NCBI GenBank assembly: GCA_021781955.1
Contig: JAJXVV010000002.1
Location: forward strand, 74,730 to 138,729
Source: a bacterium
Lineage (GTDB): Bacteria > Patescibacteriota > Minisyncoccia > Phycocordibacterales > UBA2100
Reading direction: 5' to 3'
Length of the DNA stretch: 64,000 nucleotides
Position numbers and translations under genes: made by a program. Under the pieces are notes generated by a model. It saw only the letters and a program-made list of their open reading frames with translations, ran no database searches and was not told the origin of the DNA. Of this stretch, positions 1-8,161 are shown in pieces (the stretch's first letter is position 1; each line of letters begins with the position of its first letter).

Positions 1-7
1 AACGCGG

Positions 8-268
8 TCACACGACCGAAAGAACTCGGGGAGCGGACGCTCTGGGCGTCGACGCCCTGAGCGCGGACACGCAATCACTGAAGTCTGCCGCGATCATCGT
101 CGCGCCCTTGGTCCGGATCCTGAACATGCACCCATTCACGGACGATACGTTCGCGAACGAACCCGAGCGCTCGTGTCCGAAATGGATCGCGCCGTATTGA
201 TCTCTCCACGTGGCCAAGCCGTTCATGTCGGCCCAGAGTTGCAGTAGTTTTTGTTGGGCGATAGTCAC
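8..268 (-). CDS. Small hypothetical protein (86 aa), probable paralog of 294..539
   Basis: GTG start preceded by AGGAG; N-terminal pattern M..A...L....A...GL...R...G....G shared with the neighbouring ORF. Confidence 0.6.
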   Translation of the reverse strand: MTIAQQKLLQLWADMNGLATWRDQYGAIHFGHERSGSFANVSSVNGCMFRIRTKGATMIAADFSDCVSALRASTPRASAPRVLSVV

Positions 269-293
269 ATCCTGTCTCCTTTTCTGAAAGACT

Positions 294-539
294 TCATGCC
301 GCCGTCCGAAGCGCAGCCACTTCCGTTAGGCACTTCTCCAAGGCTTCGGCTGACCCGGTTATGGTTTTGCGGTCGCCATACTCCACTTCAACGACGAACG
401 ACCCGCCGTCGGCCCGGACCCTCAGCAGGGCCACCGTATGAGTGATCCCGATCCACATGCAGCCATCTCGATTGCGCGATGCGACCAATCCATATTTCTG
501 GGCCATCGTTTCGATCAGGCTTTTTTCAGCATCGTCCAC
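294..539 (-). CDS. Small hypothetical protein (81 aa)
   Basis: GTG start with AGGAGG SD; tandem with and similar to 8..268. Confidence 0.65.
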   Translation of the reverse strand: MDDAEKSLIETMAQKYGLVASRNRDGCMWIGITHTVALLRVRADGGSFVVEVEYGDRKTITGSAEALEKCLTEVAALRTAA

Positions 540-660
540 CTGCGCCTCCTATCATTGCTTCAGTGGATACCAGCTATACATACCACGTCCGGGAAAAATT
601 TCATCTTTTTACATACTGGTCATTTTTCATCTGTAGAGGTACTATCGCGAGAGTTTCCAC

Positions 661-689
661 TTGACATGGTAGTGCTAGGATAGTATGAT
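661..689 (+). promoter_or_regulatory. Sigma70-type promoter of the DGR target gene
   Basis: TTGACA (661-666), 17-nt spacer, TATGAT (684-689). Confidence 0.75.
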
Positions 690-783
690 GCTGATTAGCT
701 GCCAAAATGACGAACGTCGTTTTGGAGACAGCTCATTGACTCGCGTCCAGCCGCTCAAAGCGGTGTAGCGCATGGAGGATAGT

Positions 784-1440
784 ATGGCTAAGATCGTGAC
801 TCGCGGTCAGGCACTTGAACTGACTGCCCGGTTCGGCGTCGATACAAATTGGGATTCCATCGACGGCGATAAACTCCAAGCGGAGATTATCAGCCTTCCG
901 CGTGACGAACTCGGTCGCCGATTCACGGCGTTCGTGAAGAAGGGTTGTCGGCTCGTCATCAAAGGGCCGAGCGCGCTCGTCATCGACCGCTCGAAGCCCT
1001 TCGATCCGGTGAAGTTCATCGGACGAGGCTGGGAGGTCGCCGAGCAGGACGAGCGTTCGCTCGCGCTGACCGGCATCGACTTCTCCGATGTCCGCTTCGA
1101 AAGCGGCCACCAGGAAGGCGAAGGCGTTATCACCGGCGAGGTGAAGCTCGAGCGTCTGAAGGCGATGCCCGAGATTCGCCTTGACGCGAAGATCGGTCAG
1201 GCCCTCTACGAAGAGCCCGGGCAGGCGACGCTCCGCTTCATCTACGAGCACTTCGGTGTCTCGTGGTTTGAGTTGGGCGGAACCGTTCTGCGCGGCTTGG
1301 GCGGCGGCCGGTACTTCCTGTGCCTCGGTCGGCGCGACGACGGCTCGTGGCACTGGTACTACTTCTGGCTCGTCAGCGATCGCCTCCGCGACCGTGTCTC
1401 GCCGCTCCTCGCAAGCAGCCCTTGGGCCTCCGCGGCCTAA
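784..1440 (+). CDS. DGR target (variable) protein, probable C-type-lectin-like fold, C-terminal VR
   Basis: GGAGGA SD before ATG 784; C-terminus RGLGGGRYFLCLGRRDDGSWHWYYFWLVSD aligns codon by codon with the TR at 1747-1866. Confidence 0.8.
   Translation: MAKIVTRGQALELTARFGVDTNWDSIDGDKLQAEIISLPRDELGRRFTAFVKKGCRLVIKGPSALVIDRSKPFDPVKFIGRGWEVAEQDERSLALTGIDFSDVRFESGHQEGEGVITGEVKLERLKAMPEIRLDAKIGQALYEEPGQATLRFIYEHFGVSWFELGGTVLRGLGGGRYFLCLGRRDDGSWHWYYFWLVSDRLRDRVSPLLASSPWASAA
1291..1413 (+). repeat. DGR variable region (VR)
   Basis: Core 1354-1377 tggtactacttctggctcgtcagc differs from TR 1807-1830 tggaacaacaactggctcgacaac at 6 positions, all TR adenines. Confidence 0.75.
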
Positions 1441-1474
1441 GCCCTTGCCCTTGCGCACTTTGCGCTTTGCTCTT

Positions 1475-1502
1475 TCGGCCTCCGTGCTTGCACGGAGGCC
1501 GA
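1475..1502. promoter_or_regulatory. Perfect hairpin downstream of VR (DGR homing cruciform and/or terminator)
   Basis: tcggcctccgtg-cttg-cacggaggccga, 12-bp stem about 35 nt after the target stop codon. Confidence 0.7.
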
Positions 1503-1524
1503 TTGCTTTTGATATGATACGCAT

Positions 1525-1905
1525 GGCGCTAGGCGAATATGCGGGCGATCACGGTCTCCCGCTGCCGAGGCCGGTTTGGCACGGATCCAGAATGTTGCCG
1601 ATTACGGTTTGAGATGGAGTGGTGCATGGGGCACTACAAAAAGTGAAATAACTTGGTGTGGGATGCTATGCGAGTTTCGCTCGCGGATACGATACAGCCC
1701 GAGACCTCCAATCGGGCAGTGGCATGGAAGGCATCTCATACGCAACCGCAACTCGGACGGCAACCTCTACGTTCGCTACCTCTACTGGAACGGCGACAGG
1801 TGGGACTGGAACAACAACTGGCTCGACAACGACTGGAATGGCAACAACCCCGCTGCGGTGCCCGCAACTCGTCTCACTTCTCACCCCGCTTCTTGGCGGG
1901 GTCGA
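1525..1905 (+). ncRNA. Putative DGR template RNA: structured leader, TR and 3' hairpin
   Basis: Extended -10 TGaTATGAT at 1510-1518; several stems in 1540-1746; AAC-rich TR; ccccgc/gcgggg hairpin near 1884-1900. Ends are approximate. Confidence 0.6.
1747..1868 (+). repeat. DGR template repeat (TR)
   Basis: In-frame AAC/GAC/TAC-rich tract (reads RNSDGNLYVRYLYWNGDRWDWNNNWLDNDWNGNNPAAVPA), homologous to the VR and adjacent to avd. Confidence 0.85.
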
Positions 1906-2176
1906 GTTTTGTAAGCTGTCCGTTCCAACCGCCGAGCATCTTTCCGACTTCTTCGACGCGAACCGAAAGCACCGCGTATTTTTTGTTGTCCAGTGATTTC
2001 GTTTCCCAGAGCACCATCAGCAACACCTTCAAAGTGTCCGTTTTTCTAATTGCGAGACGCACATACGGCCGTTTCTCATCCCGTGCAAGAAAACTCGCAG
2101 ATGCTATCGTTTCCATGATTTCCACGAACAATGTATCAACACGCTGACCAAGAGAATGTCTGTGCACTTTCGGTAA
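1874..2176 (-). pseudogene. avd: DGR accessory variability determinant (Avd, four-helix bundle), 5'-truncated
   Basis: LPKVHRHSLGQRVD...EEVGKMLGGW motifs; Avd-like sequence stops just upstream of LPK; the nearest SD+ATG (2189) is out of frame. Confidence 0.75.
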
Positions 2177-2236
2177 GGGAGCCGTCCATGTACCTCTCGT
2201 TTTCCGACCGGAGATCCCCCCGAAGGGGAACGAAAA

Positions 2237-2262
2237 TTGCCTCGCCGTGAAGTCGGCGAGGC
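2237..2262 (-). terminator. Intrinsic terminator-like hairpin after the Gly-rich gene
   Basis: tgcctcgccg/cggcgaggca 10-bp stem followed by ATTTT on the minus strand. Confidence 0.55.
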
Positions 2263-2301
2263 AGGGGGGCTGCGCAATTGGCGGCGCAGACAGAGCAGAG
2301 T

Positions 2302-2730
2302 TCAATATGATTGAACGCAGATCACGTTGCCGAACTGGTCCGTGCTTGGGAGTAGCCCGAATAGGGGATTACAGCCGCCCAAGTTGTCGAAGTACTGATT
2401 CGGGACGACGTAGGTCGGTCCGGGGAAAAAGTAAGTCTGGCCTGGGAAGGCGTACCCGTTGTTCCAGCCCCCATAGCCGCCTCCGTATCCACCTCCGTAT
2501 CCGCCGAAGCGATTGCCGCCGAAGTTGTGAAAACCGCCTCCAGGGAATCCTCCGTAGCGATGACCGAATCCTCCGCCGCCGTTGTGGAGCCCTCCTCCGC
2601 GGAAGCCTCCAGAGTGCTGGCCGAAGCCTCCTCCGCGGAAGCCGCCGCCCGGGTGGCCGAAAGCGTGGGCGGTGATCGGCTGCATAGTGGTGAGCACGAG
2701 GGCGACTGCCCATATAACGAACGTTCGCAT
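2302..2730 (-). CDS. Secreted glycine-rich protein with GGF/GGY repeats
   Basis: AGGAGG SD, signal peptide ending AHA, repeated GGFRGGG units, C-terminal Cys pair. Confidence 0.7.
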   Translation of the reverse strand: MRTFVIWAVALVLTTMQPITAHAFGHPGGGFRGGGFGQHSGGFRGGGLHNGGGGFGHRYGGFPGGGFHNFGGNRFGGYGGGYGGGYGGWNNGYAFPGQTYFFPGPTYVVPNQYFDNLGGCNPLFGLLPSTDQFGNVICVQSY

Positions 2731-2864
2731 GTCACGTTTCCTCCTAGTTCAGGCGGGCCGGATATCAGCCCGTCTCTGGTCTCAAGGCTATTCCTATTGC
2801 TGCAACAGCGCAAGTACTGGGATCATCGGGAGTTTACGCCCGAGGCGAGCATGGGGTCGCGCGG

Positions 2865-2892
2865 TTGACAAGACGGCTCTTTTTGGTACTAT
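2865..2892 (+). promoter_or_regulatory. Sigma70 promoter of the DEAD-box helicase
   Basis: TTGACA-N16-TACTAT. Confidence 0.6.
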
Positions 2893-3028
2893 GGGGAGGT
2901 CAAACATTCTCCAGCTTGGTTATCGTCTTGGGAGACCAAGGCCGCCTGCGAGCCGAATGGCGAACCCATCCCGAGATCGTTCGACGTTTATTTTCTAACA
3001 GCTCGTCCATCGAGCTCACATTCATTAC

Positions 3029-4249
3029 ATGGCAACCTATACACGACACAGCCGCGCGCCACGGGGCCGCTTCTCGGATCATGGGCGCTCGGGGCGTTCC
3101 TCGTTCTCGCGCCAGAAGGCGCGGAGCGCAGGGCGTGGCGGGCACAAGGGTCAGTTCATCCACCACTCCAAATTCATCAACAAAGGCGTTGACGAGGTCG
3201 TGAAGCCGTACGAGCCCACGCACTCGTTCGCTGATTTCGCGATAGATCATCGCATCAAGGCCAACATTGCGAAGAAGGGCTACGTGAAGCCGAGCGCCAT
3301 TCAAGATCAGGCGATCCCGGTCGTTCTGCAGGGCAAGGATGTCGTCGGCATCGCCAACACCGGCACCGGCAAGACGGGCGCCTTTCTCATCCCGCTCCTC
3401 GACAAAGTAATCAACGCGCGACACGAGCGCGTTCTCATCATGGTGCCGACCCGCGAGCTCGCGCAGCAGATAGAAGAGGAGTACAAAGGCTTTTCGCACG
3501 GTTCTGGATTCGCGTCGGTCTCGCTCGTGGGCGGCGCCAATATCAATCCGCAGATACGCGCACTGCGCCACGACCCGTACTTCGTCATCGGCACGCCCGG
3601 CCGCATCAAGGACCTGATACAGCAGCGCGCGCTCAACCTCTCCAAATTCCACACCGTCGTCCTCGACGAGGCCGACCGCATGCTCGATATGGGCTTCGTG
3701 CAGGATATGCGCTCCATCATCTCGCTCATGCCGAAGAAGCGTCACACGCTCTTTTTCTCCGCGACGCTCTCGCCGGAGGTCGAGCGGCTGCTCAAGGAGT
3801 TCGTCGCGGACCCGGTGCGCATTTCAGTGAAGACCGGCGACACCTCCAAGAGCGTCGATCAAGACATCGTGCGTATCGAGGGGCGTGAAAAGTTCGGCTT
3901 GCTGCAAGACCTGCTCTCGCTGCCGGAATTCGAGAAAGTGCTCGTCTTCGGCCGCACCAAGCACGGCGTCGAGCGGCTTGCAAAGGAGCTCACGCGGCAC
4001 GGTATTCCGTCGGCGTCCATTCACGGCAACAAATCCCAGAAACAGCGAGAACGAGCTCTCGGCGAGTTCAAGCAGCACAAAGTGCGCGTCTTGATCGCGA
4101 CCGACGTGGCTGCGCGCGGGCTCGACATCCCCAACGTCTCGCACGTCATCAACTACGACCAGCCCAATACCTACGAGGACTACGTCCATCGCATCGGCCG
4201 TACCGGCCGCGCGGGCAAGCGCGGCATCGCGCTCACGTTCGTCGAATAG
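3029..4249 (+). CDS. DEAD-box ATP-dependent RNA helicase (RhlE-like)
   Basis: Q motif, GTGKT, PTRELA, TPGR, DEAD, SAT, ARGLD and HRIGRTGR motifs. Confidence 0.95.
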   Translation: MATYTRHSRAPRGRFSDHGRSGRSSFSRQKARSAGRGGHKGQFIHHSKFINKGVDEVVKPYEPTHSFADFAIDHRIKANIAKKGYVKPSAIQDQAIPVVLQGKDVVGIANTGTGKTGAFLIPLLDKVINARHERVLIMVPTRELAQQIEEEYKGFSHGSGFASVSLVGGANINPQIRALRHDPYFVIGTPGRIKDLIQQRALNLSKFHTVVLDEADRMLDMGFVQDMRSIISLMPKKRHTLFFSATLSPEVERLLKEFVADPVRISVKTGDTSKSVDQDIVRIEGREKFGLLQDLLSLPEFEKVLVFGRTKHGVERLAKELTRHGIPSASIHGNKSQKQRERALGEFKQHKVRVLIATDVAARGLDIPNVSHVINYDQPNTYEDYVHRIGRTGRAGKRGIALTFVE

Positions 4250-4275
4250 CTCGGTGCCGCTCACGACACGCTTTT

Positions 4276-4443
4276 ATGGCCAAGAGTTTCTTCAAGGACG
4301 GCAAGTGGGTGGACGATCCGCGCGCGACGGTCGTGTCGCTCTGCCGCTGCGGCAACAAATACATCAAGACGCGCGCCGGGCAGGCGCGCTGCTTGCGTTG
4401 TGTCGCCGCAGCGGCACGGGAAGCGCGGCACACCGCATCGTAA
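4276..4443 (+). CDS. Small Cys-rich protein (55 aa; CxC...CxxC), not in the ORF track
   Basis: MAKSFFKDGKWVDDPRATVVSLCRCGNKYIKTRAGQARCLRCV...; lies between the helicase and a terminator. Confidence 0.6.
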   Translation: MAKSFFKDGKWVDDPRATVVSLCRCGNKYIKTRAGQARCLRCVAAAAREARHTAS

Positions 4444-4471
4444 AAGAGCTCGCGCCAATCGCAAAAACGAT

Positions 4472-4502
4472 ACCCCGCCGCGGCTTTTGCCGCGACGGGG
4501 TG
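4472..4502. terminator. Terminator hairpin between convergent genes
   Basis: ccccgccgcggc-tttt-gccgcgacgggg. Confidence 0.6.
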
Positions 4503-4522
4503 TTTGATGCGAGAGAGATCAG

Positions 4523-5128
4523 TCACATGATCTCGCGCTCGAATTCGCCGAACATCTCGACGAGCTGTTCGTGAAGCTTGCCGCGCCGGATATCTTTGGC
4601 AAGCTGTCCGGCAATGGCCGGCCGATCGCGGTCAGTGCGGATCGTCTCGCGCGCCCACTTCTCGTACATCGATATGCGCTCGGCGTATACCAGTACGATG
4701 TTCTGCTCCGTCGTGTTCTCGGGCGGGCAATCCTTGAACACGACGCCGCGATCCGGTCTTTTCGCGTATCGCCGCAGGACCGTTGAAAGCGACGAGAGAA
4801 GGTGGATGATGAAGGCTCTCTGCCTGAGGAGCTCCATTACCTCCGTGTTGTAGACGATGCTGCCGCCGGGGGCGACGATCGTCGGCTCGGTGATCCCTTC
4901 GATCATTTCCCTCACGACGCGCCCTTCAAGCTCAATGAACGCTTCTGCCGACAGTTTCTCCGAAGCCTCTTGGAGCGTCGGGAAGCCGGACGCCTTGAGG
5001 ACGAGGTCGTCGGCGTCGATGAACGCCCATCCCAGCAGGCGAGCGAGCAATTTCCCGATCTTCGTCTTACCGGCGGTAAATATCCCGATAAGCACGATTA
5101 TCGGCGCCAGATGTTTTCTCTTGCGCAT
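4523..5128 (-). CDS. aroK: Shikimate kinase
   Basis: GIFTAGKT P-loop, FIDAD, APGGSIV; GGAGG SD before ATG 5128. Confidence 0.8.
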   Translation of the reverse strand: MRKRKHLAPIIVLIGIFTAGKTKIGKLLARLLGWAFIDADDLVLKASGFPTLQEASEKLSAEAFIELEGRVVREMIEGITEPTIVAPGGSIVYNTEVMELLRQRAFIIHLLSSLSTVLRRYAKRPDRGVVFKDCPPENTTEQNIVLVYAERISMYEKWARETIRTDRDRPAIAGQLAKDIRRGKLHEQLVEMFGEFEREIM

Positions 5129-5205
5129 ATTGGTCCTCCGCTCCGGTCTCCTTATCGCGACTGCCGCCCACTGTGCCATAGCGTCAAGTTTCTGTAAAAC
5201 GCCAG

Positions 5206-5220
5206 AGAGGACGGTCCTCT
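5206..5220. repeat. Dispersed palindrome copy AGAGGACGGTCCTCT
   Basis: Same core as copies at 8016, 22980, 23215, 23239, 46271, 46338 and 57706; no adjacent DnaA-like box. Confidence 0.85.
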
Positions 5221-5333
5221 GGGACGAGGCGGACGGCATCCGAGAGCGGATCAGCAAGGTCGTCAAGCTATTCCGTTTCTTCCGCTCCCGTCGTTTCCTG
5301 ACGCGGCGAGAAGTGCCCGAACCGCATGGGCGA

Positions 5334-5546
5334 TCACTCGTTCGCGGCGCAGGTGGAGATGCCGAAGAGACGATAGAGCGGGCAGAGGTGTATGAAGCCG
5401 GTCACCACCATGACGACGGCGACGACGAGCGCTACGATGCCGAGCAATCCCGAGATCCACCCCATGGCGTACGCGATCACGAGCAGGGCCGCGATGATGT
5501 AACGCACGATGCTGTCGATCTTCCCCACGTTCTTTTTATTGTTCAT
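5334..5546 (-). CDS. DUF2892 (YgaP-like) small membrane protein
   Basis: KNVGKIDSIVRY...TGFIHLCPLYRLFGISTC pattern. Confidence 0.85.
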   Translation of the reverse strand: MNNKKNVGKIDSIVRYIIAALLVIAYAMGWISGLLGIVALVVAVVMVVTGFIHLCPLYRLFGISTCAANE

Positions 5547-5597
5547 ATGCGCCCATTGTACTACCGCCTCGCCGGGCATGTATAGTAGAATAGGTGC

Positions 5598-6611
5598 ATG
5601 AGCCGCAGAGCGCTCGCCCGTGTCGCGTTCGTAATCGCGGTCGTTGCGGGTACGTTGCTCGTTCTCTCCGGCAAATCTGCCTCAACAGCAAGTCCGCAGT
5701 CGCGACTTGCGACCGATCTCTACCCGCTCTACCCGGGCGCACAGTGGGGAGAGGTCCAGCCGGCGACATCGCCGGATTTCGGCACGGTCGAGCTCGTCGA
5801 GTCATTGCCGTTCGACAACATCACCGATATCGCTTCGGTGACAGCGCCCTACACGCAGTATTACGATCAGAAACTCACACAGGCGGGCTGGACGCGCGAT
5901 CGGTCGCGCGAAGCGGGCGGTCCCGGAGCGGAGCTTGCCGTCTACACCAAGGGTGATCAGTTCATCGTCGTGCTGTTCTCGTCGGTATTCCATATACATT
6001 CGCCTGATGCGCCTGCGCAATGCCCGTGCGATACCACGCTCACCCTCATGAGCGGCACGCAAACCGGTCGAACCATCGCACAAGTACAAGCATCGCGCGC
6101 GTACGCCGATCATGCGGTCGGCTTCTCCATCGCGCTTCCGACGTTGCTCGCCTCGAGCTCGAACGACCTGCTCTTCAGCGTCGACCCTTCGTATGAGTAC
6201 ACGGAAAAGGGTCCGGGCCAATCCATTCCCGGAGTGAAATTCACTATTCCGAAGTCGCTCGCGTCCGGCACGAATCTCGCGCCCGACACGTACCTGAGCG
6301 TTGAGCATTTGCCGAAAGGGGCGGCATGCGACGCGTCCGCGTTCTTGGCGGATCCAGGCGCGACCTCGCACCCGCTCAGGGAGGGCGCGGTGTCGTACTC
6401 GGTCGCTTCTTCGACCGGCGCTGGCGTCGGCAATCGCTACGAGGAGTGGGTTTATGCTCGCACCGGTACGGATCCCTGCATCGCGGTGCGTTACTTCATT
6501 CATTACGCCGCCATCGAGAATTTCCCGCCGGGCGCAGTGCGCGAGTTCGATCATGCGTCCCTTCTCCAGACTTTTGACGCGATACGCCGCACGCTCCGTG
6601 TCGCGCAATAA
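5598..6611 (+). CDS. Membrane-anchored or secreted hypothetical protein
   Basis: N-terminal TM segment, 337-aa ORF, TAGAAT -10 directly upstream. Confidence 0.75.
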   Translation: MSRRALARVAFVIAVVAGTLLVLSGKSASTASPQSRLATDLYPLYPGAQWGEVQPATSPDFGTVELVESLPFDNITDIASVTAPYTQYYDQKLTQAGWTRDRSREAGGPGAELAVYTKGDQFIVVLFSSVFHIHSPDAPAQCPCDTTLTLMSGTQTGRTIAQVQASRAYADHAVGFSIALPTLLASSSNDLLFSVDPSYEYTEKGPGQSIPGVKFTIPKSLASGTNLAPDTYLSVEHLPKGAACDASAFLADPGATSHPLREGAVSYSVASSTGAGVGNRYEEWVYARTGTDPCIAVRYFIHYAAIENFPPGAVREFDHASLLQTFDAIRRTLRVAQ

Positions 6612-6622
6612 CCGATACGCGC

Positions 6623-7036
6623 ATGGACATCCCTCTCTGGAGCATCGTTACCTTGGCGACCGAACTCGTGGTGACCGCGAGCGTTCTCGCTATCATCTGG
6701 CGCGCGTACGCAACGGGCCGGTTCATGACGATGTTTGCCTGGTGGGTGCTTGGCTACGAATTCCTTTTCAATGTGAGCTATATGGCCTCGCGCGAAGCGC
6801 ATGCCGCCACGCGGACGCTCGATCCCTACCTAACGGGGCTCGCGATATTTCACGGCGTGTTCTCGCTCGTGATGTTCTTATCGCTCGTAATATTTTTCTT
6901 CGTTGCGTGGAGGCGCTATGGGCGCGGCGAGAATTTCTTCGCGATACATCCGCGCTTTACCGTATTGTTCGTGACGGCATGGTCCATCTCCATTCTCTCT
7001 GGAGTTCTGCTCTTCGTGCAGCTGTATTTGCTGTAG
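6623..7036 (+). CDS. 4-TM membrane protein (DUF420-like)
   Basis: Four hydrophobic segments with His residues. Confidence 0.65.
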   Translation: MDIPLWSIVTLATELVVTASVLAIIWRAYATGRFMTMFAWWVLGYEFLFNVSYMASREAHAATRTLDPYLTGLAIFHGVFSLVMFLSLVIFFFVAWRRYGRGENFFAIHPRFTVLFVTAWSISILSGVLLFVQLYLL

Positions 7037-7230
7037 CGGGGCGCCGGCGTGCGCGCTCGCGCTAGCCAGAAGGTCGATCGCTATGAAATTGGGGCCCCGC
7101 TACCTAGTCCGCCCGAGGGTTTCCGTGCCCTTGCGTGTCCTCATAACCTCTTTTGGGACGCGCGCAAGCGCGCGGCCGATATTCCCGCAGGGGCGCGATG
7201 CTGTGGTACAGTAACTGCATTGCAGAAGGT

Positions 7231-7944
7231 ATGAAATTGCCCCTCGATATATTCGAACCGCACAAAAGTGCGACCGGCGCACGGCTCAATTGGTTGCGCG
7301 CAGCGGTACTGGGCGCCAATGATGGCACTGTCTCGGTCGCGGCGCTCGTCGTCGGGGTCGCGGGCGCGTCGGATTTCGGCTCCCACACTCTCATCGTCGG
7401 CGTCGCGGGGCTTTTGGCCGGCGCGCTCTCGATGGCGGTGGGTGAGTACATTTCGGTCTCGAGCCAACGCGACATCGAGATTTCGCTCCTGGAAAAAGAG
7501 CGCGGTGAGCTCAAGCATGATCCAGAAGGCGAGCTCGAAGAGCTTACCGCTCTTTATGAAGAAAAGGGGCTCACGCGCGGGACGGCAGAGCAAGTGGCGA
7601 AGGAGCTTACCGAACACGACGCTTTCGCGGCGCACGTGGAGGCGGAGCTCCGCATCGACCCCGACGACCTCACGAATCCGTGGCATGCGGCGTTCGCCTC
7701 AGGCGCATCCTTTACCTTGGGCGCGCTTATCCCGCTCATCGCGATCGTCATGCCGCCTGCCGACATCCGCATCCCCGTTACCTTCGCAGCCGTGCTCGTC
7801 GCGCTCGTCATCACCGGTGTCTTGAGCGCGTGGGCAAGCGACACGCGCCCGCTTCCCGTGACGATGCGCGTGGTCTTGGGCGGCGTGTTGGCAATGATCA
7901 TCACGTTCGGCATCGGCCGCCTCTTCGGCGTCGCGAACCTGTAA
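7231..7944 (+). CDS. VIT1/CCC1 family Fe/Mn transporter
   Basis: LRAAVLGANDG and GALSMAVGEYISVSSQRD signatures. Confidence 0.92.
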   Translation: MKLPLDIFEPHKSATGARLNWLRAAVLGANDGTVSVAALVVGVAGASDFGSHTLIVGVAGLLAGALSMAVGEYISVSSQRDIEISLLEKERGELKHDPEGELEELTALYEEKGLTRGTAEQVAKELTEHDAFAAHVEAELRIDPDDLTNPWHAAFASGASFTLGALIPLIAIVMPPADIRIPVTFAAVLVALVITGVLSAWASDTRPLPVTMRVVLGGVLAMIITFGIGRLFGVANL

Positions 7945-7998
7945 CGACGGGAAATGCCGGCCCTAACCGGCCCGAGAGGGCGATCCTCCGTCGGTGAC

Positions 7999-8032
7999 TT
8001 ATCCACACTTTTCTACAGAGGACCGTCCTCTG
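7999..8032 (+). repeat. Composite repeat: TTATCCACA-N8-CAGAGGACCGTCCTCTG
   Basis: DnaA-box consensus at 7999-8007, palindrome at 8016-8032. Confidence 0.85.
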
Positions 8033-8161
8033 GGGCGACGTTCGTGCCCTTTTCAGGGTACTTGCATAAAAAGCCATTTAGATGCATAAAGATGGCAACT
8101 AGCCATTTTTATCAGCGTTTAGTCAAGTCAATTAATAAAGCTTTAAGCCATATTTTAGCGT

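Noticed and set aside
1576-1914. 112-aa ORF containing the Asn/Trp-rich tract as a protein-coding gene
   Set aside because: It is the stop-free reading frame of the TR; TTG start without SD, and the upstream part looks like structured RNA
784-2305. Complete, self-contained active DGR
   Set aside because: No reverse transcriptase ORF in the window, avd is truncated, and TR/VR have many non-adenine mismatches
7973-7990. Additional palindrome copy (gagagggcgatcctccg)
   Set aside because: Too degenerate to count with confidence
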